Of a stretch of 64,000 nt of DNA, positions 9,870 to 19,921 are shown piece by piece (position 1 is the stretch's first letter; each line of letters begins with the position of its first letter). This DNA is from Candidatus Oxydemutatoraceae bacterium (lineage in GTDB: Bacteria > Pseudomonadota > Gammaproteobacteria > Poriferisulfidales > Oxydemutatoraceae): NCBI GenBank assembly GCA_965219575.1, contig OZ244779.1:2305098-2369097 (forward strand), written 5' to 3'. The position numbers were made by a program, and so were the translations under genes. The notes under the pieces were generated by a model that did no database searches, was not told the DNA's origin, and saw only the letters and a program-made list of their open reading frames with translations.

Positions 9870-10230
9870 AGGAGAGGAATTAACCAGTACAGATACGACG
9901 AGGCTGTTGAAAAAATACTGTTCCGCAAAATTGCAACCGCTTGCACCATTGAATTTACGATAACCACCGAGTCGTAGGGGCAGACCTGTGTGTCTGCCCT
10001 TAAGTATCACTCTGCACGACACCAACCGCTTGCGCCAACAAATAATGGTTTCCATAATACTAATGGGTGAACGCGTTAATCGTGCAAACATGATACGTTT
10101 CGGGCGGACATGCAAGTCCGCCCCTACGGCGGTTTGCAAATGTTCATGGCGCACAGCGATTGGGTTTGAGCAATGCCCATACTTTTTCAACAGCCCCCTT
10201 CCACGACGAACCTGCCACAGGAGGGAAAGC
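9870..10230. repeat. TIR-bounded element (9902-10196) containing an inverted REP doublet (9974-10127), between degenerate family B halves
   Basis: ggctgttgaaaaaata...tactttttcaacagcc; gtaggggcagacctgtgtgtctgccc and gggcggacatgcaagtccgcccctac face each other. Confidence 0.85.
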
Positions 10231-11199
10231 CTACGATAAGGGCCAGAGGCTTCGGATTGCGGCGATGCCTTGTGCGCCGTGCATCCGGCAGTCGGCTAAA
10301 TCGGCAGTTTCGAGTCCGCCGATTGCATAGACCGGTATCGTTATGTCTTTTACGAGTGTCCCGAAGGTCTCCCAACCTAAAGGCGGTTCTCCGGGATGGC
10401 TGGGTGTCGTTTTAAGCGGTCCGAGTAAAGCAAAGTCGGCTTCTAATCGGAAAGCCTGTTCAAGTTCTGCACGATTGTGGCACGAGACGGCAAGCAGTTT
10501 GTCCTCAGGCAACGGGCGAGTGCGATATTTCGCGGCGTATTCGGCACTGAGTTGTACACCGGCAACATTCAAGATATCTACCTGGGCGGGGTGATTATGT
10601 ATCAATAATTTATTGCACCATGCCGAGGACTGCGATAACAGCTTGCGCGCATACTCTATATAAGTGCGGCTATCGAGTTCGGTGGCACGAAAGACGGCAA
10701 GCGATATACCCGATTGAAATGCCGCATTCAAACCTCGTTTTAGTATGCTCAAGTCAAGCGATGCAGGAGTTATTAAATAGCGATCGGGCAGCGATAACGC
10801 TTTGATAATTACGCCGTTCGCCGGCGGAAAATCACCGGCTTTGAGTTCCGATACGGCTCGCCATTCCAACGACCGGTAAAAATGAGAACCCGGCACACCC
10901 CGACAATTTTTTATCTTGTACACACTAAACAAATATCGTTGTGCGTCATAACACCATTCAAACTCAATGAGCGGTTCGGCATCGGTTTCTTTTATTACCA
11001 GCCTGAGTTCTTCTTTTAATTCTCGCGCTACGGCGCGTCTCGGTGTCTCGTTTGATTTGACCTTGCCGCCGGGAAATTCCCAACAGCCTCCTAGATGCAG
11101 TCCATTCTCTCGCCAACCGACGAGTACCCGGTTATCTCGTAAAACAACGCCCAGAGCGACTGAAATTGTCGGGGTTGTTTTAAGTGCGGTATGCGGCAT
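10231..11199 (-). CDS. MutT-type Nudix hydrolase fused to a thiamine-phosphate-synthase (ThiE/TenI)-like domain
   Basis: Nudix box WEFPGGKV.....P..AV.RELKEE; C-terminal SCHN..EL, T.SHP, PVYAIGG and GAQGIAAIR. Typical secA-argJ-mutT context. Confidence 0.9.
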   Translation of the reverse strand: MPHTALKTTPTISVALGVVLRDNRVLVGWRENGLHLGGCWEFPGGKVKSNETPRRAVARELKEELRLVIKETDAEPLIEFEWCYDAQRYLFSVYKIKNCRGVPGSHFYRSLEWRAVSELKAGDFPPANGVIIKALSLPDRYLITPASLDLSILKRGLNAAFQSGISLAVFRATELDSRTYIEYARKLLSQSSAWCNKLLIHNHPAQVDILNVAGVQLSAEYAAKYRTRPLPEDKLLAVSCHNRAELEQAFRLEADFALLGPLKTTPSHPGEPPLGWETFGTLVKDITIPVYAIGGLETADLADCRMHGAQGIAAIRSLWPLS

Positions 11200-12385
11200 T
11201 AATTCTCACATAGTCTTCGGTCAAATCCGATGTCCATATTGTTGCGCTTTCGGTGCCTCTATCAAGTGATACGCTCAAACGGACTTCGGGCTTCTCCATA
11301 ATAGCCTTTGCAATCGCTTCATCGTAATTCGGATCTATAGCACCGCGATGGAACAAACGATGATCACCCATAAAGCAGCTCACCTTGTTTATATCCAGTG
11401 CCTCCAAGCCGCTGCGCCCTACCGCAAGAATAATCCTCCCCCAATTCGGATCGGCGGCAGCAAAAGCTGTTTTAACCAGTGGCGAGTGTGCAATCGTATA
11501 AGCGACTTGCCGCGCCTCTTCGTGAGATTGTGCTTGCTCCACATGTATTTCTATAAAATGACTTGCGCCTTCTGCGTCACGAACGATCATTTTTGCTAAT
11601 TCTTGCAGGACCGCTTTCAATGTCTCGGAGAAAGCATCTTTTTCGGATACGGCTAGCGACTCCCAATCGATGCCGCTCGCACCGGTCGCAAGCAACGCAC
11701 ACGAGTCATTGGTTGAGGTGTCTCCGTCAACCGTGATGCAATTAAGCGAAACTGCCAACGCATCGTGCAATAACCGTTTCAGTGTTTTCGGGTCTGCCTT
11801 TAGATCGGTTGCAACATAAGCCAACATAGTTGCCATATCGGGACAGATCATACCCGAGCCTTTGGCAATACCGGTGATAGAAACCGTTTCCGCACCGAGT
11901 AGTACTTCCGCGCTGAACCATTTGGCAACGGTGTCGGTGGTCATAATTGCCTGCGCAGCCGCTTCCCAATTATCGGGTGAGAGTTTGGCAAGCAAATCGG
12001 GAACGGCAGAGACGATTTTAGATGCCGGCAACCGTTCTACCATGACGCCCGTAGAAAAAGGTAGGACTTGCTCAATATCAACGCCGCTTAAATCGGCAAC
12101 ACTTCGGCAACAGGCTTCGGCATCGTCCATACCTATCCGACCCATACCGGCATTGGCATTACCGGCATTGATAAGCAAGTAACGAGGTTGTGCTACATCG
12201 AGATATGCCTCGCTCAATATCACCGGGGCAGCCTTAAATGCATTACGCGTAAAACACACTGCGGTGTCGGTTGTTTCCGACAGTTCCATCAAAACCAAAT
12301 CGTCGCGTCCCGAATACCGTATTCCGGCGGCAACCGAAGCGATGCGTATGCCCTCAATGGGAACCGGTTTTTCTATCTTTTTCAT
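11180..12385 (-). CDS. argJ: Bifunctional ornithine acetyltransferase / N-acetylglutamate synthase
   Basis: NAGNANAG, STGV, IMTTDT, KGSGMI.PDMATML, DGDTSTND, DPNWGR and YVRINA.Y motifs. Confidence 0.97.
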   Translation of the reverse strand: MKKIEKPVPIEGIRIASVAAGIRYSGRDDLVLMELSETTDTAVCFTRNAFKAAPVILSEAYLDVAQPRYLLINAGNANAGMGRIGMDDAEACCRSVADLSGVDIEQVLPFSTGVMVERLPASKIVSAVPDLLAKLSPDNWEAAAQAIMTTDTVAKWFSAEVLLGAETVSITGIAKGSGMICPDMATMLAYVATDLKADPKTLKRLLHDALAVSLNCITVDGDTSTNDSCALLATGASGIDWESLAVSEKDAFSETLKAVLQELAKMIVRDAEGASHFIEIHVEQAQSHEEARQVAYTIAHSPLVKTAFAAADPNWGRIILAVGRSGLEALDINKVSCFMGDHRLFHRGAIDPNYDEAIAKAIMEKPEVRLSVSLDRGTESATIWTSDLTEDYVRINAAYRT

Positions 12386-15140
12386 AACAACAATGTTTAT
12401 ATTTTTTGCCCGAACCGCAGTAGCACGGGTCGTTTCGCCCCAACTTTTTATGAGTGCGACGAATCGTCCGAGGTTTTAGCGATTGCATGTTTCGCAGAGT
12501 CTGCTGTGCATCTTCCGGCGGTGTGGGGACGACACCGCCGGCTACACCGGGCATTAGTGTAGCAGCATTTGCATCGGGTTGCATCATGGTCGGCGGCAAA
12601 TCGCTCCCCGATTGTCGGTGCTGATAATTTATCGCATCCTCGTTAAGCGGTTGCGCCGGTCTTAACTCCGGTGCTTTGTTCAATCTCATCAGACTCGACG
12701 CAAGTTTGTGGCGGATGGTATTCAACATCAGTTGGAACATCGCAAACGCTTCTCGTTTATATTCTTGTTTAGGGTTTTTTTGCGCAAAACTGCGCAAGCC
12801 GATGCCTTGACGCAGATGATCCATATTAGCCAGGTGTTCTTTCCAGTAATTATCCAAAACACGCATCATCAAAATCACTTCTATTTTGTATAGCATTTCC
12901 GCACCGAAAACAGTCTCTTTTTCTTTATAGGTTTTGAGCATGGTATCGCATACTTTTTCACGTACCGCAGTCGTTGAGATATCGGACTCGGAAGATGCCG
13001 AGGCTTCGAATTTCAACTCCAAGCCGAACTCTTCGGACAGATTTTTTTCGAGTGCTTTGATATCCCATTGTTCCTCCAGCTGTCCTTCGGGAACATACTC
13101 GTCAACTACGGCTTCGCCGACCTCGCTCAATATATCCAGAATCTGTTCGTGCACTTGCTCGGTTTCCATCAGCTCGTTCCTCTGCTTATAAATCACCTGC
13201 CGCTGCTCGTTTGCGACATTGTCGTATTCGAGCAAGTTTTTTCTAATATCGAAGTTATGCGACTCAACTTTGCGTTGCGCATTTTCTATCGCTCTGTTCA
13301 TCCACGGATGTTCTATCGCTTCGCCTGCCTGCATTCCCAATTTTTCTATCAACGACTGCACTTTGTCACCGGCAAAAATACGCAAGAGGCTATCGTCCAA
13401 AGATAGATAAAAGCGGCTCGAACCGGGATCGCCTTGCCGCCCCGAGCGACCTCGCAGCTGGTTGTCTACCCGTCTGGACTCATGCCTTTCGGTGCCGATG
13501 ACCCGCAAGCCGCCCGCTTCTATTACCTGTCGGTGGCGTTGTTGCCAATCCTCGCGCATCGCGTCGTGTTTGCTTTCGTCGGCTTTCTCCAGTTCGGTAT
13601 CGAGCGAACCACCCAGCACGATGTCGGTACCACGACCTGCCATATTCGTTGCAATAGTCACGGCACCGGGACGACCCGCTTGGGCGATGATTTTAGATTC
13701 GGCTTCGTGATGCTTGGCGTTGAGGACTTGGTGCTTGATTTTTGCTTTGCTCAGCGTCTTTGAAAGATACTCGGAGACCGCAATCGAAGCGGTTCCGATC
13801 AATGTCGGTTGCCCGACTTCAAAACTCGTTCTTACATCTTCGAGTATGGCTTCGAATTTCTCCTGCTCGGACATATAAACCGCATCGGGTTCATCTTCAC
13901 GAACCATCGGTACATGGGTCGGGATAACGACGACTTCCAAACCGTAGATATCCTGAAATTCGGAGGCTTCGGTATCGGCGGTGCCGGTCATGCCGCTTAA
14001 TTTTGCGTACAAGCGAAAATAGTTTTGGAAAGTGATAGATGCAAGCGTTTGATTTTCGTTTTCCACACGCACACCTTCTTTTGCCTCCACCGCTTGGTGC
14101 AAACCGTCGGACCAACGCCGGCCGGTCATGACTCGTCCGGTAAACTCGTCGACGATTAAGACTTTGCCGTTGCGCACTAAGTAATCCACATTTTTCTTAA
14201 ACAAGCCGTGCGCCCTGAGCGAGGCACTTACATGGTGTAATAAATTGACATTATTGAGGTCGTAAAGACTCTCGTTTTCTTTTAGCAACCCCTCCCCAAG
14301 CAACGCTCCTTCGATACGCTGATGTCCCGCTTCGGTCAATAACGCGGCACGCGATTTCTCGTCTATCGTATAGTCGTCCGTCTCGCTATCGTCGGTGCAC
14401 GGTTTAAGACGGCTCACCAACTTATCTATCTTATAATAAATATCGGAACTTCCCTCGGTAGGACCGGAGATGATCAACGGCGTGCGTGCCTCGTCGATCA
14501 AAATAGAATCGACCTCGTCTACGATTGCAAAATAATGTCCCCGCTGTACCCTTTGCGAAGCCTCGTAGACCATGTTGTCTCGTAGATAATCAAAACCGAA
14601 CTCGTTATTGGTGCCATAAGTAATATCGGCTTTATAAGCGGCAATCCGCTCTTCGGGTTTCTGTCCGGCAACGACAACCCCGACGCTCAGACCCAATTTT
14701 CTATAAATGGCACCCATCCATTCGGAGTCTCTACGCGCCAAGTAATCGTTGACTGTCACGATATGCACGCTTTGCCCGGTCAGTGCATTCAAATACGCCG
14801 CCAAGGGCGCAACGAAAGTTTTGCCTTCGCCGGTGCGCATCTCGGCAATTTTACCGTCGTGCAGAACCATACCACCGATTAACTGCACATCGAAGTGCCG
14901 CATATTCAGTTCGCGCGACGCCGCCTCTTTAACCGTGGCAAAAGCCTCCGGCAATAAGCTGTTTAGGCTTTGTCCTTGTGCTAGACGCGCTTTGAATTGA
15001 TCTTTTTTAGAGAGTAGTTCGGCATCGCTTATACCTTTGTATTGATCTTCCAGAGCGTTGATAGCCTGAACGACCTTTCGGTATTTTTTTAGTAGCCGCT
15101 CGTTCTTGGACGAAACGAGTTTGTTAATAAGTTTGAGCAT
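12354..15140 (-). CDS. secA: Preprotein translocase ATPase SecA
   Basis: EMRTGEGKT, DEVDSILIDEARTPLIISG, TNMAGRGTDI, QLRGRSGRQGD and C-terminal GRNDPCYCGSGKKYKHCC. Confidence 0.99.
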   Translation of the reverse strand: MLKLINKLVSSKNERLLKKYRKVVQAINALEDQYKGISDAELLSKKDQFKARLAQGQSLNSLLPEAFATVKEAASRELNMRHFDVQLIGGMVLHDGKIAEMRTGEGKTFVAPLAAYLNALTGQSVHIVTVNDYLARRDSEWMGAIYRKLGLSVGVVVAGQKPEERIAAYKADITYGTNNEFGFDYLRDNMVYEASQRVQRGHYFAIVDEVDSILIDEARTPLIISGPTEGSSDIYYKIDKLVSRLKPCTDDSETDDYTIDEKSRAALLTEAGHQRIEGALLGEGLLKENESLYDLNNVNLLHHVSASLRAHGLFKKNVDYLVRNGKVLIVDEFTGRVMTGRRWSDGLHQAVEAKEGVRVENENQTLASITFQNYFRLYAKLSGMTGTADTEASEFQDIYGLEVVVIPTHVPMVREDEPDAVYMSEQEKFEAILEDVRTSFEVGQPTLIGTASIAVSEYLSKTLSKAKIKHQVLNAKHHEAESKIIAQAGRPGAVTIATNMAGRGTDIVLGGSLDTELEKADESKHDAMREDWQQRHRQVIEAGGLRVIGTERHESRRVDNQLRGRSGRQGDPGSSRFYLSLDDSLLRIFAGDKVQSLIEKLGMQAGEAIEHPWMNRAIENAQRKVESHNFDIRKNLLEYDNVANEQRQVIYKQRNELMETEQVHEQILDILSEVGEAVVDEYVPEGQLEEQWDIKALEKNLSEEFGLELKFEASASSESDISTTAVREKVCDTMLKTYKEKETVFGAEMLYKIEVILMMRVLDNYWKEHLANMDHLRQGIGLRSFAQKNPKQEYKREAFAMFQLMLNTIRHKLASSLMRLNKAPELRPAQPLNEDAINYQHRQSGSDLPPTMMQPDANAATLMPGVAGGVVPTPPEDAQQTLRNMQSLKPRTIRRTHKKLGRNDPCYCGSGKKYKHCCYEKDRKTGSH

Positions 15141-15236
15141 AAAGGAAACCTATTTCATTTATTTTTGATACCTTGAACGATATTACGCATAATAAACATT
15201 CTACAGTAAATTTAATGGTTGACTTATGGTGGAACA

Positions 15237-15527
15237 ATGAAAAAACTCGGAGATTTAATCAGTCCTAACTTGATACGAAAAGCACGGCTACTCGAGATTA
15301 TGAGCGAGAGCGCGCGTACTCGATTACCCGGAGAAATAGCACCGCATTGCTGGGTCGGCGGATTTGAGAAAGACCATATCGTTTTGGTTACCGACTATCC
15401 TCATTATGCTACTTATATACGTTGTCATCAGCGCGAGATATTAAAACAACTCAAAGGGGAATTTCGGACTCATTTACCCGAGAGCGTTAGAAAAGTCCGT
15501 ATCAGAGTTTCAAGGATATTATCGTAA
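15237..15527 (+). CDS. DUF721/DciA-like protein
   Basis: About 96 aa between lpxC and secA, the usual DciA position; LP..IA.HC.V......LV......A..IR...EIL..L pattern. Confidence 0.7.
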   Translation: MKKLGDLISPNLIRKARLLEIMSESARTRLPGEIAPHCWVGGFEKDHIVLVTDYPHYATYIRCHQREILKQLKGEFRTHLPESVRKVRIRVSRILS

Positions 15528-15573
15528 ATTGAACGCCCTTTGAATGACCGGTGTCTAAACGACTATCACGCCG

Positions 15574-16491
15574 TCAGGTATAGTCTTCGGCTAAAGGATA
15601 AATGATGGGCAAGACGGCGGTGTCGGAATCCTCTAATAGATTCTCTTCCCACGCCTCGACATCTTCGAGCAGCTTGATGAGTAAGCGGTTATTCAGTTCG
15701 TGTCCGGATTTATGACATTCGCAACAGCCCACCAAGCCGTGTCCGAGTAAATACAAATCTCCGACGACATCGAGCACCTTATGCTTGACACATTCGTCTT
15801 CCGAACGCAGACCGTCTTCGTTCATGACACGGTGTTCGTCGATCACGATAGCATTTTCCAAACTCCCCCCCAGCACCAGTCCACGCTCGCGCAACTTCTC
15901 GTAATCTTTGAGGAAACCGAAGGTTCTGGCACGGCTCACACTGGCTACAAAAGAGGTTGTATTGAAGTCTATTTCAACCCGTTGCTGGCGATCCTCGAAC
16001 ACCGGATGGTCAAAATCAATCGTGAAAGCAACCTTGAATCCGTCATAAGGCTTCAGGCAAATCCACTTGTCGCCATCTTCTATTTTGATTTCCTTTTTGA
16101 TGCGTATAGATTTCTTGGGTGAATTTTGCTCGGCTATGCCGCCCGATTGCAACAAGAATACGAAAGAGCACGCACTACCATCCATAATCGGCACTTCGGG
16201 TGCATCTACATCTATATATAAATTATCAATGCCCAAGCCGGCAATCGCAGCGAGTAAATGTTCAACCGTAGAAATATGTACGCCGTCGATGCCTAAGGTC
16301 GTCGATAGTCGTGTGTCCGTTACATAGCGCGCCTGAGCGGGTATTTCCACCGGCTTTTTTAGGTCTACGCGACGAAATACGATACCTGTGTTAGCCGCTG
16401 CCGACCGCAACGATAATTTTATTTTCTTGCCGGTGTGCAACCCAATGCCCACCGCTTCAATTGAATTTTTTAGCGTTCTTTGTTTAATCAA
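15574..16491 (-). CDS. lpxC: UDP-3-O-acyl-N-acetylglucosamine deacetylase
   Basis: QRTL..GIGLHTG, STVEHLLAA, PIMDGSA, ARTFGF, HKVLD..GDL and KSGH.LN motifs. Confidence 0.98.
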   Translation of the reverse strand: MIKQRTLKNSIEAVGIGLHTGKKIKLSLRSAAANTGIVFRRVDLKKPVEIPAQARYVTDTRLSTTLGIDGVHISTVEHLLAAIAGLGIDNLYIDVDAPEVPIMDGSACSFVFLLQSGGIAEQNSPKKSIRIKKEIKIEDGDKWICLKPYDGFKVAFTIDFDHPVFEDRQQRVEIDFNTTSFVASVSRARTFGFLKDYEKLRERGLVLGGSLENAIVIDEHRVMNEDGLRSEDECVKHKVLDVVGDLYLLGHGLVGCCECHKSGHELNNRLLIKLLEDVEAWEENLLEDSDTAVLPIIYPLAEDYT

Positions 16492-16624
16492 AAGAGGTTC
16501 CTTTTTATTGTAGCTATCCGATAATTATCCATTACTTAAATTAGAATGGTTATAAATGATACCATAAATTATTGCCAAAACAAAGAAAAAAATCGGTGCC
16601 TCAAGTTCTCACTCCGATAATTTC

Positions 16625-17380
16625 TTATACCTTCGCTCCTAAAACAATACCTTTTTGGCGTAAGTCATGGAATATTTGGGGGGCACTTTCTAAAGCTAAG
16701 CCTATATTATCGGGGCAATGTTGTTTTGCGACAGCGATAACGGCATCTCGCCCGCTACTGTCGGTGTGTTCGGACAAATAATCCAATAAAAGCACCGTTA
16801 TGGCATTTAACAGCATATAGCGAACTTTATAGTTCGAGTCTCGGCAAACCGCTAGCCGGTATATTTCGGAACCATGCTCGGCAGGTCTATAGTCGGGGCT
16901 GATACGATGTACCGGCCATCGATAATCGTACCATCGAGCCAATGCCGATAATATCGGTCGTCCTTCGATTAAATCGCCGTTTGAGTCTACCGTAGACATG
17001 TCGGTGCTATCTTCGGCAAATGTCACTACGATTTCCACATGTTCATAATGTGCTAATTCATACAAATACGGAGGGTCGCATCGGCGCAGCGTATGCTCAT
17101 TTTCTAAATAAAGAAGAAACTCTTTCGCGATATCCATGAAATAAGGTGAATGACACCGATGATGTGCATAAAAAATACGCACCAATGTATCCCAATCGTC
17201 CTCCTTATAAAGGCTTTTCAATACCGGAAAACCGCGAGAGATAAAACCCGATATATTTCTGAAAAACAGCTGTCTGTAGATGTCCAGACGACGGTCTTCC
17301 ACCCCTTCGGGAGGCGGGTGGTGTTCGGGGTCTCGTAAATGATCTGCCAGTTGACGCTGCACTTGTTTGAAGTCAATCAT
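16625..17380 (-). CDS. DUF2063 RiPP maturation partner (HvfC/BufC-like)
   Basis: Q..LA.HLRDP...RRL.IY..LF..N...GFPV, H.C.SP.F..I..EF and ELAHYE motifs; downstream of DUF692. Confidence 0.9.
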   Translation of the reverse strand: MIDFKQVQRQLADHLRDPEHHPPPEGVEDRRLDIYRQLFFRNISGFISRGFPVLKSLYKEDDWDTLVRIFYAHHRCHSPYFMDIAKEFLLYLENEHTLRRCDPPYLYELAHYEHVEIVVTFAEDSTDMSTVDSNGDLIEGRPILSALARWYDYRWPVHRISPDYRPAEHGSEIYRLAVCRDSNYKVRYMLLNAITVLLLDYLSEHTDSSGRDAVIAVAKQHCPDNIGLALESAPQIFHDLRQKGIVLGAKV

Positions 17381-17391
17381 TGTTAGTCTTA

Positions 17392-17761
17392 AACCACCCC
17401 GTCAGGCTACGCCTGCCACCCTAAGGGCGGACATGCCGTAGGGCGGACTTATATGTCTGCCCTTAACTAACGTCCGGCACAAACCCAACCGCTTGCGCCA
17501 CCAAATGATAGTTTCCATAATATTAATGGGTGAACGCGTCAATCGTGCAAACATGATATATTTCGGGCAGACATGCCGTAGGGGCGGACTTATATGTCCG
17601 CCTGCCCCTACACATGTCGTCTACATTGTGGTTTTGCACGACTGTAACCGCTTGCGCCGTATGGTTTTGGTTTCCATAAATTGGATGAATGAATGTATAA
17701 ATCGTGCAAGCGTAACGCGTGACGGGCGGACATGCAAGTCCGCCCCTACAAAGAGGGGAAT
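17392..17761. repeat. Family B repeat interrupted by an array of REPs and conserved spacers
   Basis: aaccaccccgtcaggctacgcctgccaccc at 17392; REPs near 17425-17462, 17565-17610 and 17724-17749; closes with aaagaggggaat. Confidence 0.85.
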
Positions 17762-18585
17762 GGCCCACCGCTTTGTATCGTGCGAATATGTGCCACTTCC
17801 GAGAGCAGGCTATCAAATTCGGGAAAGTTGAAATCACGCTCGAGTAAGGTAGGGATAACACCGAACAGCTTATAAGTCTCACCCAATAGACTCCAAACAT
17901 TCTCTATCACATCGGCACCGTGCGTATCGACGATCAGATCGGAAGCTTCGTTGTAATGCCCGGCGATGTGGCAGTAGGCAATACGCTCGGCAGGCAGTTC
18001 CTGCAGATATTGCTTGGGGTCGAATTCGAAATTGACCGAATTGACATACACATTGTTGACATCCAACAATAACCGGCAATCGGATTTCTCCAATACCCGA
18101 TTTATAAAATCGGTCTCGCTCATCATCTTGGCAGGTGCTATATAGGCGGAAACATTTTCTACTGCGATGCGTTGCCCGAGAAAATCCTGAACCTCGCAGA
18201 TACGGTCGGCAACATAATCGGCTGCCTCGGGAGTAAACGGAATGGGCATCAAGTCATAGAGATGACCTTCGTCGGAACAATAACTCAAATGTTCGCTATA
18301 ACAACATACCGAGTATCGCTCTAAGAAGTCCTTGACTTGCTTGAGAAACTTTTTGTCGAGCGGGTCGGGGCTACCTAGAGATAACGATAAGCCATGACAA
18401 ACTAAAGGATACCGCTCGGCTATATACTCGAATTTCTCTTTGATTCGCCCGCCTATGCCGATCCAGTTTTCCGGCGCAGTCTCAAGAAAATCGATTGCCC
18501 CGGCATCGCTATTGTTGATTTCCTTAATGAGACTTCTACGCAGTCCCAATCCGGCACCGGAAACCGAACACGAAGCGGCTGCCAT
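17746..18585 (-). CDS. DUF692 multinuclear non-heme iron-dependent oxidative enzyme (MNIO; HvfB/BufB-like)
   Basis: GLGLRR, E.APENW, HGLSLSLG, SEHLSYC, LYDLMPIPF, ENVS.Y, LLDVNNVYVN, HIAGH, DTHG and LLERDFN motifs. Confidence 0.95.
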   Translation of the reverse strand: MAAASCSVSGAGLGLRRSLIKEINNSDAGAIDFLETAPENWIGIGGRIKEKFEYIAERYPLVCHGLSLSLGSPDPLDKKFLKQVKDFLERYSVCCYSEHLSYCSDEGHLYDLMPIPFTPEAADYVADRICEVQDFLGQRIAVENVSAYIAPAKMMSETDFINRVLEKSDCRLLLDVNNVYVNSVNFEFDPKQYLQELPAERIAYCHIAGHYNEASDLIVDTHGADVIENVWSLLGETYKLFGVIPTLLERDFNFPEFDSLLSEVAHIRTIQSGGPFPSL

Positions 18586-18588
18586 CTC

Positions 18589-19035
18589 TTATTTACGCAT
18601 ACGCGCAATAATATGATCTATGCTCAGCTTTCCCGGACCACTGAAAAATAAAACCAGCAATATAATCAAATAGATTAGCGGCAACTTATAACCGTTATCG
18701 CAAACGTTATAACCATTGCCCGCGTGCACACTGTACCAAGCGACTATATCCAGTATGATTAAAGTGAAAACCCAAAAACGCGTAGCCAGACCGATGGCTA
18801 TAGCTATCGCGCCCAAGACTTCCGACCATGTTGCCAGAAACCAGCTGATACTGGTAGGTATCACGTTAAACGGAAACGGAAAATCATCGACGATGTTGTC
18901 AAACCAATTAGTTCCACCCAGTTTCTTTTGTCCTGCTCCCCAAAACTCCCAAGCAATAAATAAGCGCAGAAGCAACATTGAGAGAAAATCACCGATAGTG
19001 GAAAGTTTTGCATATAAATTATCTATAGCATTCAT
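18589..19035 (-). CDS. DoxX family membrane protein (HvfX-like)
   Basis: LLLRL.IAWEF..AG..K, FPFPF, ATW.E..GA....GLATR, GYNVCDNGYKLPL and GPGKLS.D; 3 bp upstream of the MNIO gene. Confidence 0.9.
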   Translation of the reverse strand: MNAIDNLYAKLSTIGDFLSMLLLRLFIAWEFWGAGQKKLGGTNWFDNIVDDFPFPFNVIPTSISWFLATWSEVLGAIAIAIGLATRFWVFTLIILDIVAWYSVHAGNGYNVCDNGYKLPLIYLIILLVLFFSGPGKLSIDHIIARMRK

Positions 19036-19126
19036 GTATCTATTCCTTAGGTTGTAAAAATTATGATTTTATTATCTCACATTTTAAGCGTATCTCGGTT
19101 TCTTATAAAGTATATAGTATAAAATA

Positions 19127-19921
19127 ATGGTGATTAACTCCATAGTATTGAGGAAAATGTTGCTAGCCGAAGCGTATCACCGACTTGAAAACCGCTATAT
19201 TTTGTATGATTACCGGTTTCCTATAACTGCCGAGTGGTTTGACCGTGACCAATTATCACGGATAGCCGAACTCTGCGGTGAGAGCGAAGGCGGTCGCACC
19301 AAATCAATTTTTTTTAAGATCGACGGACGAGAATACATGCTCAAACATTATCACCGAGGCGGAATAGCGACGCGCTGGCTCAAAGATCATTATTTATATA
19401 GAGGGCATCGTAAAGTCCGTGTGTTTAGAGAATGGCGGTTAATGCACCAGATGCAACGATGGCATTTACCGGTGCCTACACCGTGTGCGGCATCTTACAC
19501 CTCTAAACTGATGCTTTACACCGCAGATATGATTTTCGGTAGTTGCAGACCGGCTAAACCGATATCGTCTTTGTTATGCAAACAAAATATCCAAGAAGCG
19601 CACTGGCGGTTAATCGGTAAAACGATACGACGCTTTCACAATAAAAATGTTTTCCACGCCGACTTGAATGCTCACAACATTTTGTTGTTGCCCGAAAAAG
19701 ACCAAGTTTTTTTGGTAGACTTCGATCGTAGCTTTATATGTAAAAAAAGAAATGCATGGCAACAAGCCAACCTCAACCGCCTGAAACATTCATTAAAAAA
19801 GCTACATAAAAAGCATCGCGGTATTTTCCACTATAACAAGGATAATTTTTCGGCTTTGGTCGAGGGCTATCACGAAAACGCTTATTCTCCCGTATTCCCT
19901 CGCATCAACGGCGGAGGTTGA
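19127..19921 (+). CDS. kdkA: 3-deoxy-D-manno-octulosonic acid (Kdo) kinase
   Basis: HYHRGG, R.FREW, LPVP, HADLNAHNIL, DFDR and NLNRL.HSL motifs; convergent with waaA. Start uncertain. Confidence 0.92.
   Translation: MVINSIVLRKMLLAEAYHRLENRYILYDYRFPITAEWFDRDQLSRIAELCGESEGGRTKSIFFKIDGREYMLKHYHRGGIATRWLKDHYLYRGHRKVRVFREWRLMHQMQRWHLPVPTPCAASYTSKLMLYTADMIFGSCRPAKPISSLLCKQNIQEAHWRLIGKTIRRFHNKNVFHADLNAHNILLLPEKDQVFLVDFDRSFICKKRNAWQQANLNRLKHSLKKLHKKHRGIFHYNKDNFSALVEGYHENAYSPVFPRINGGG

Noticed and set aside
8641-10239. Track ORFs over repeat clusters (8641-8966, 9747-10239; likewise 17493-17900, 24441-24641, 35700-36050)
   Set aside because: They are translations of REP/MITE DNA; the same peptides recur in different frames with stops in other copies.
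12420-12680. Pro/Gln-rich segment in the SecA C-terminal tail as an insertion element
   Set aside because: It lies in the naturally variable linker before the zinc-binding motif, is in frame, and shows no repeat or intein features.
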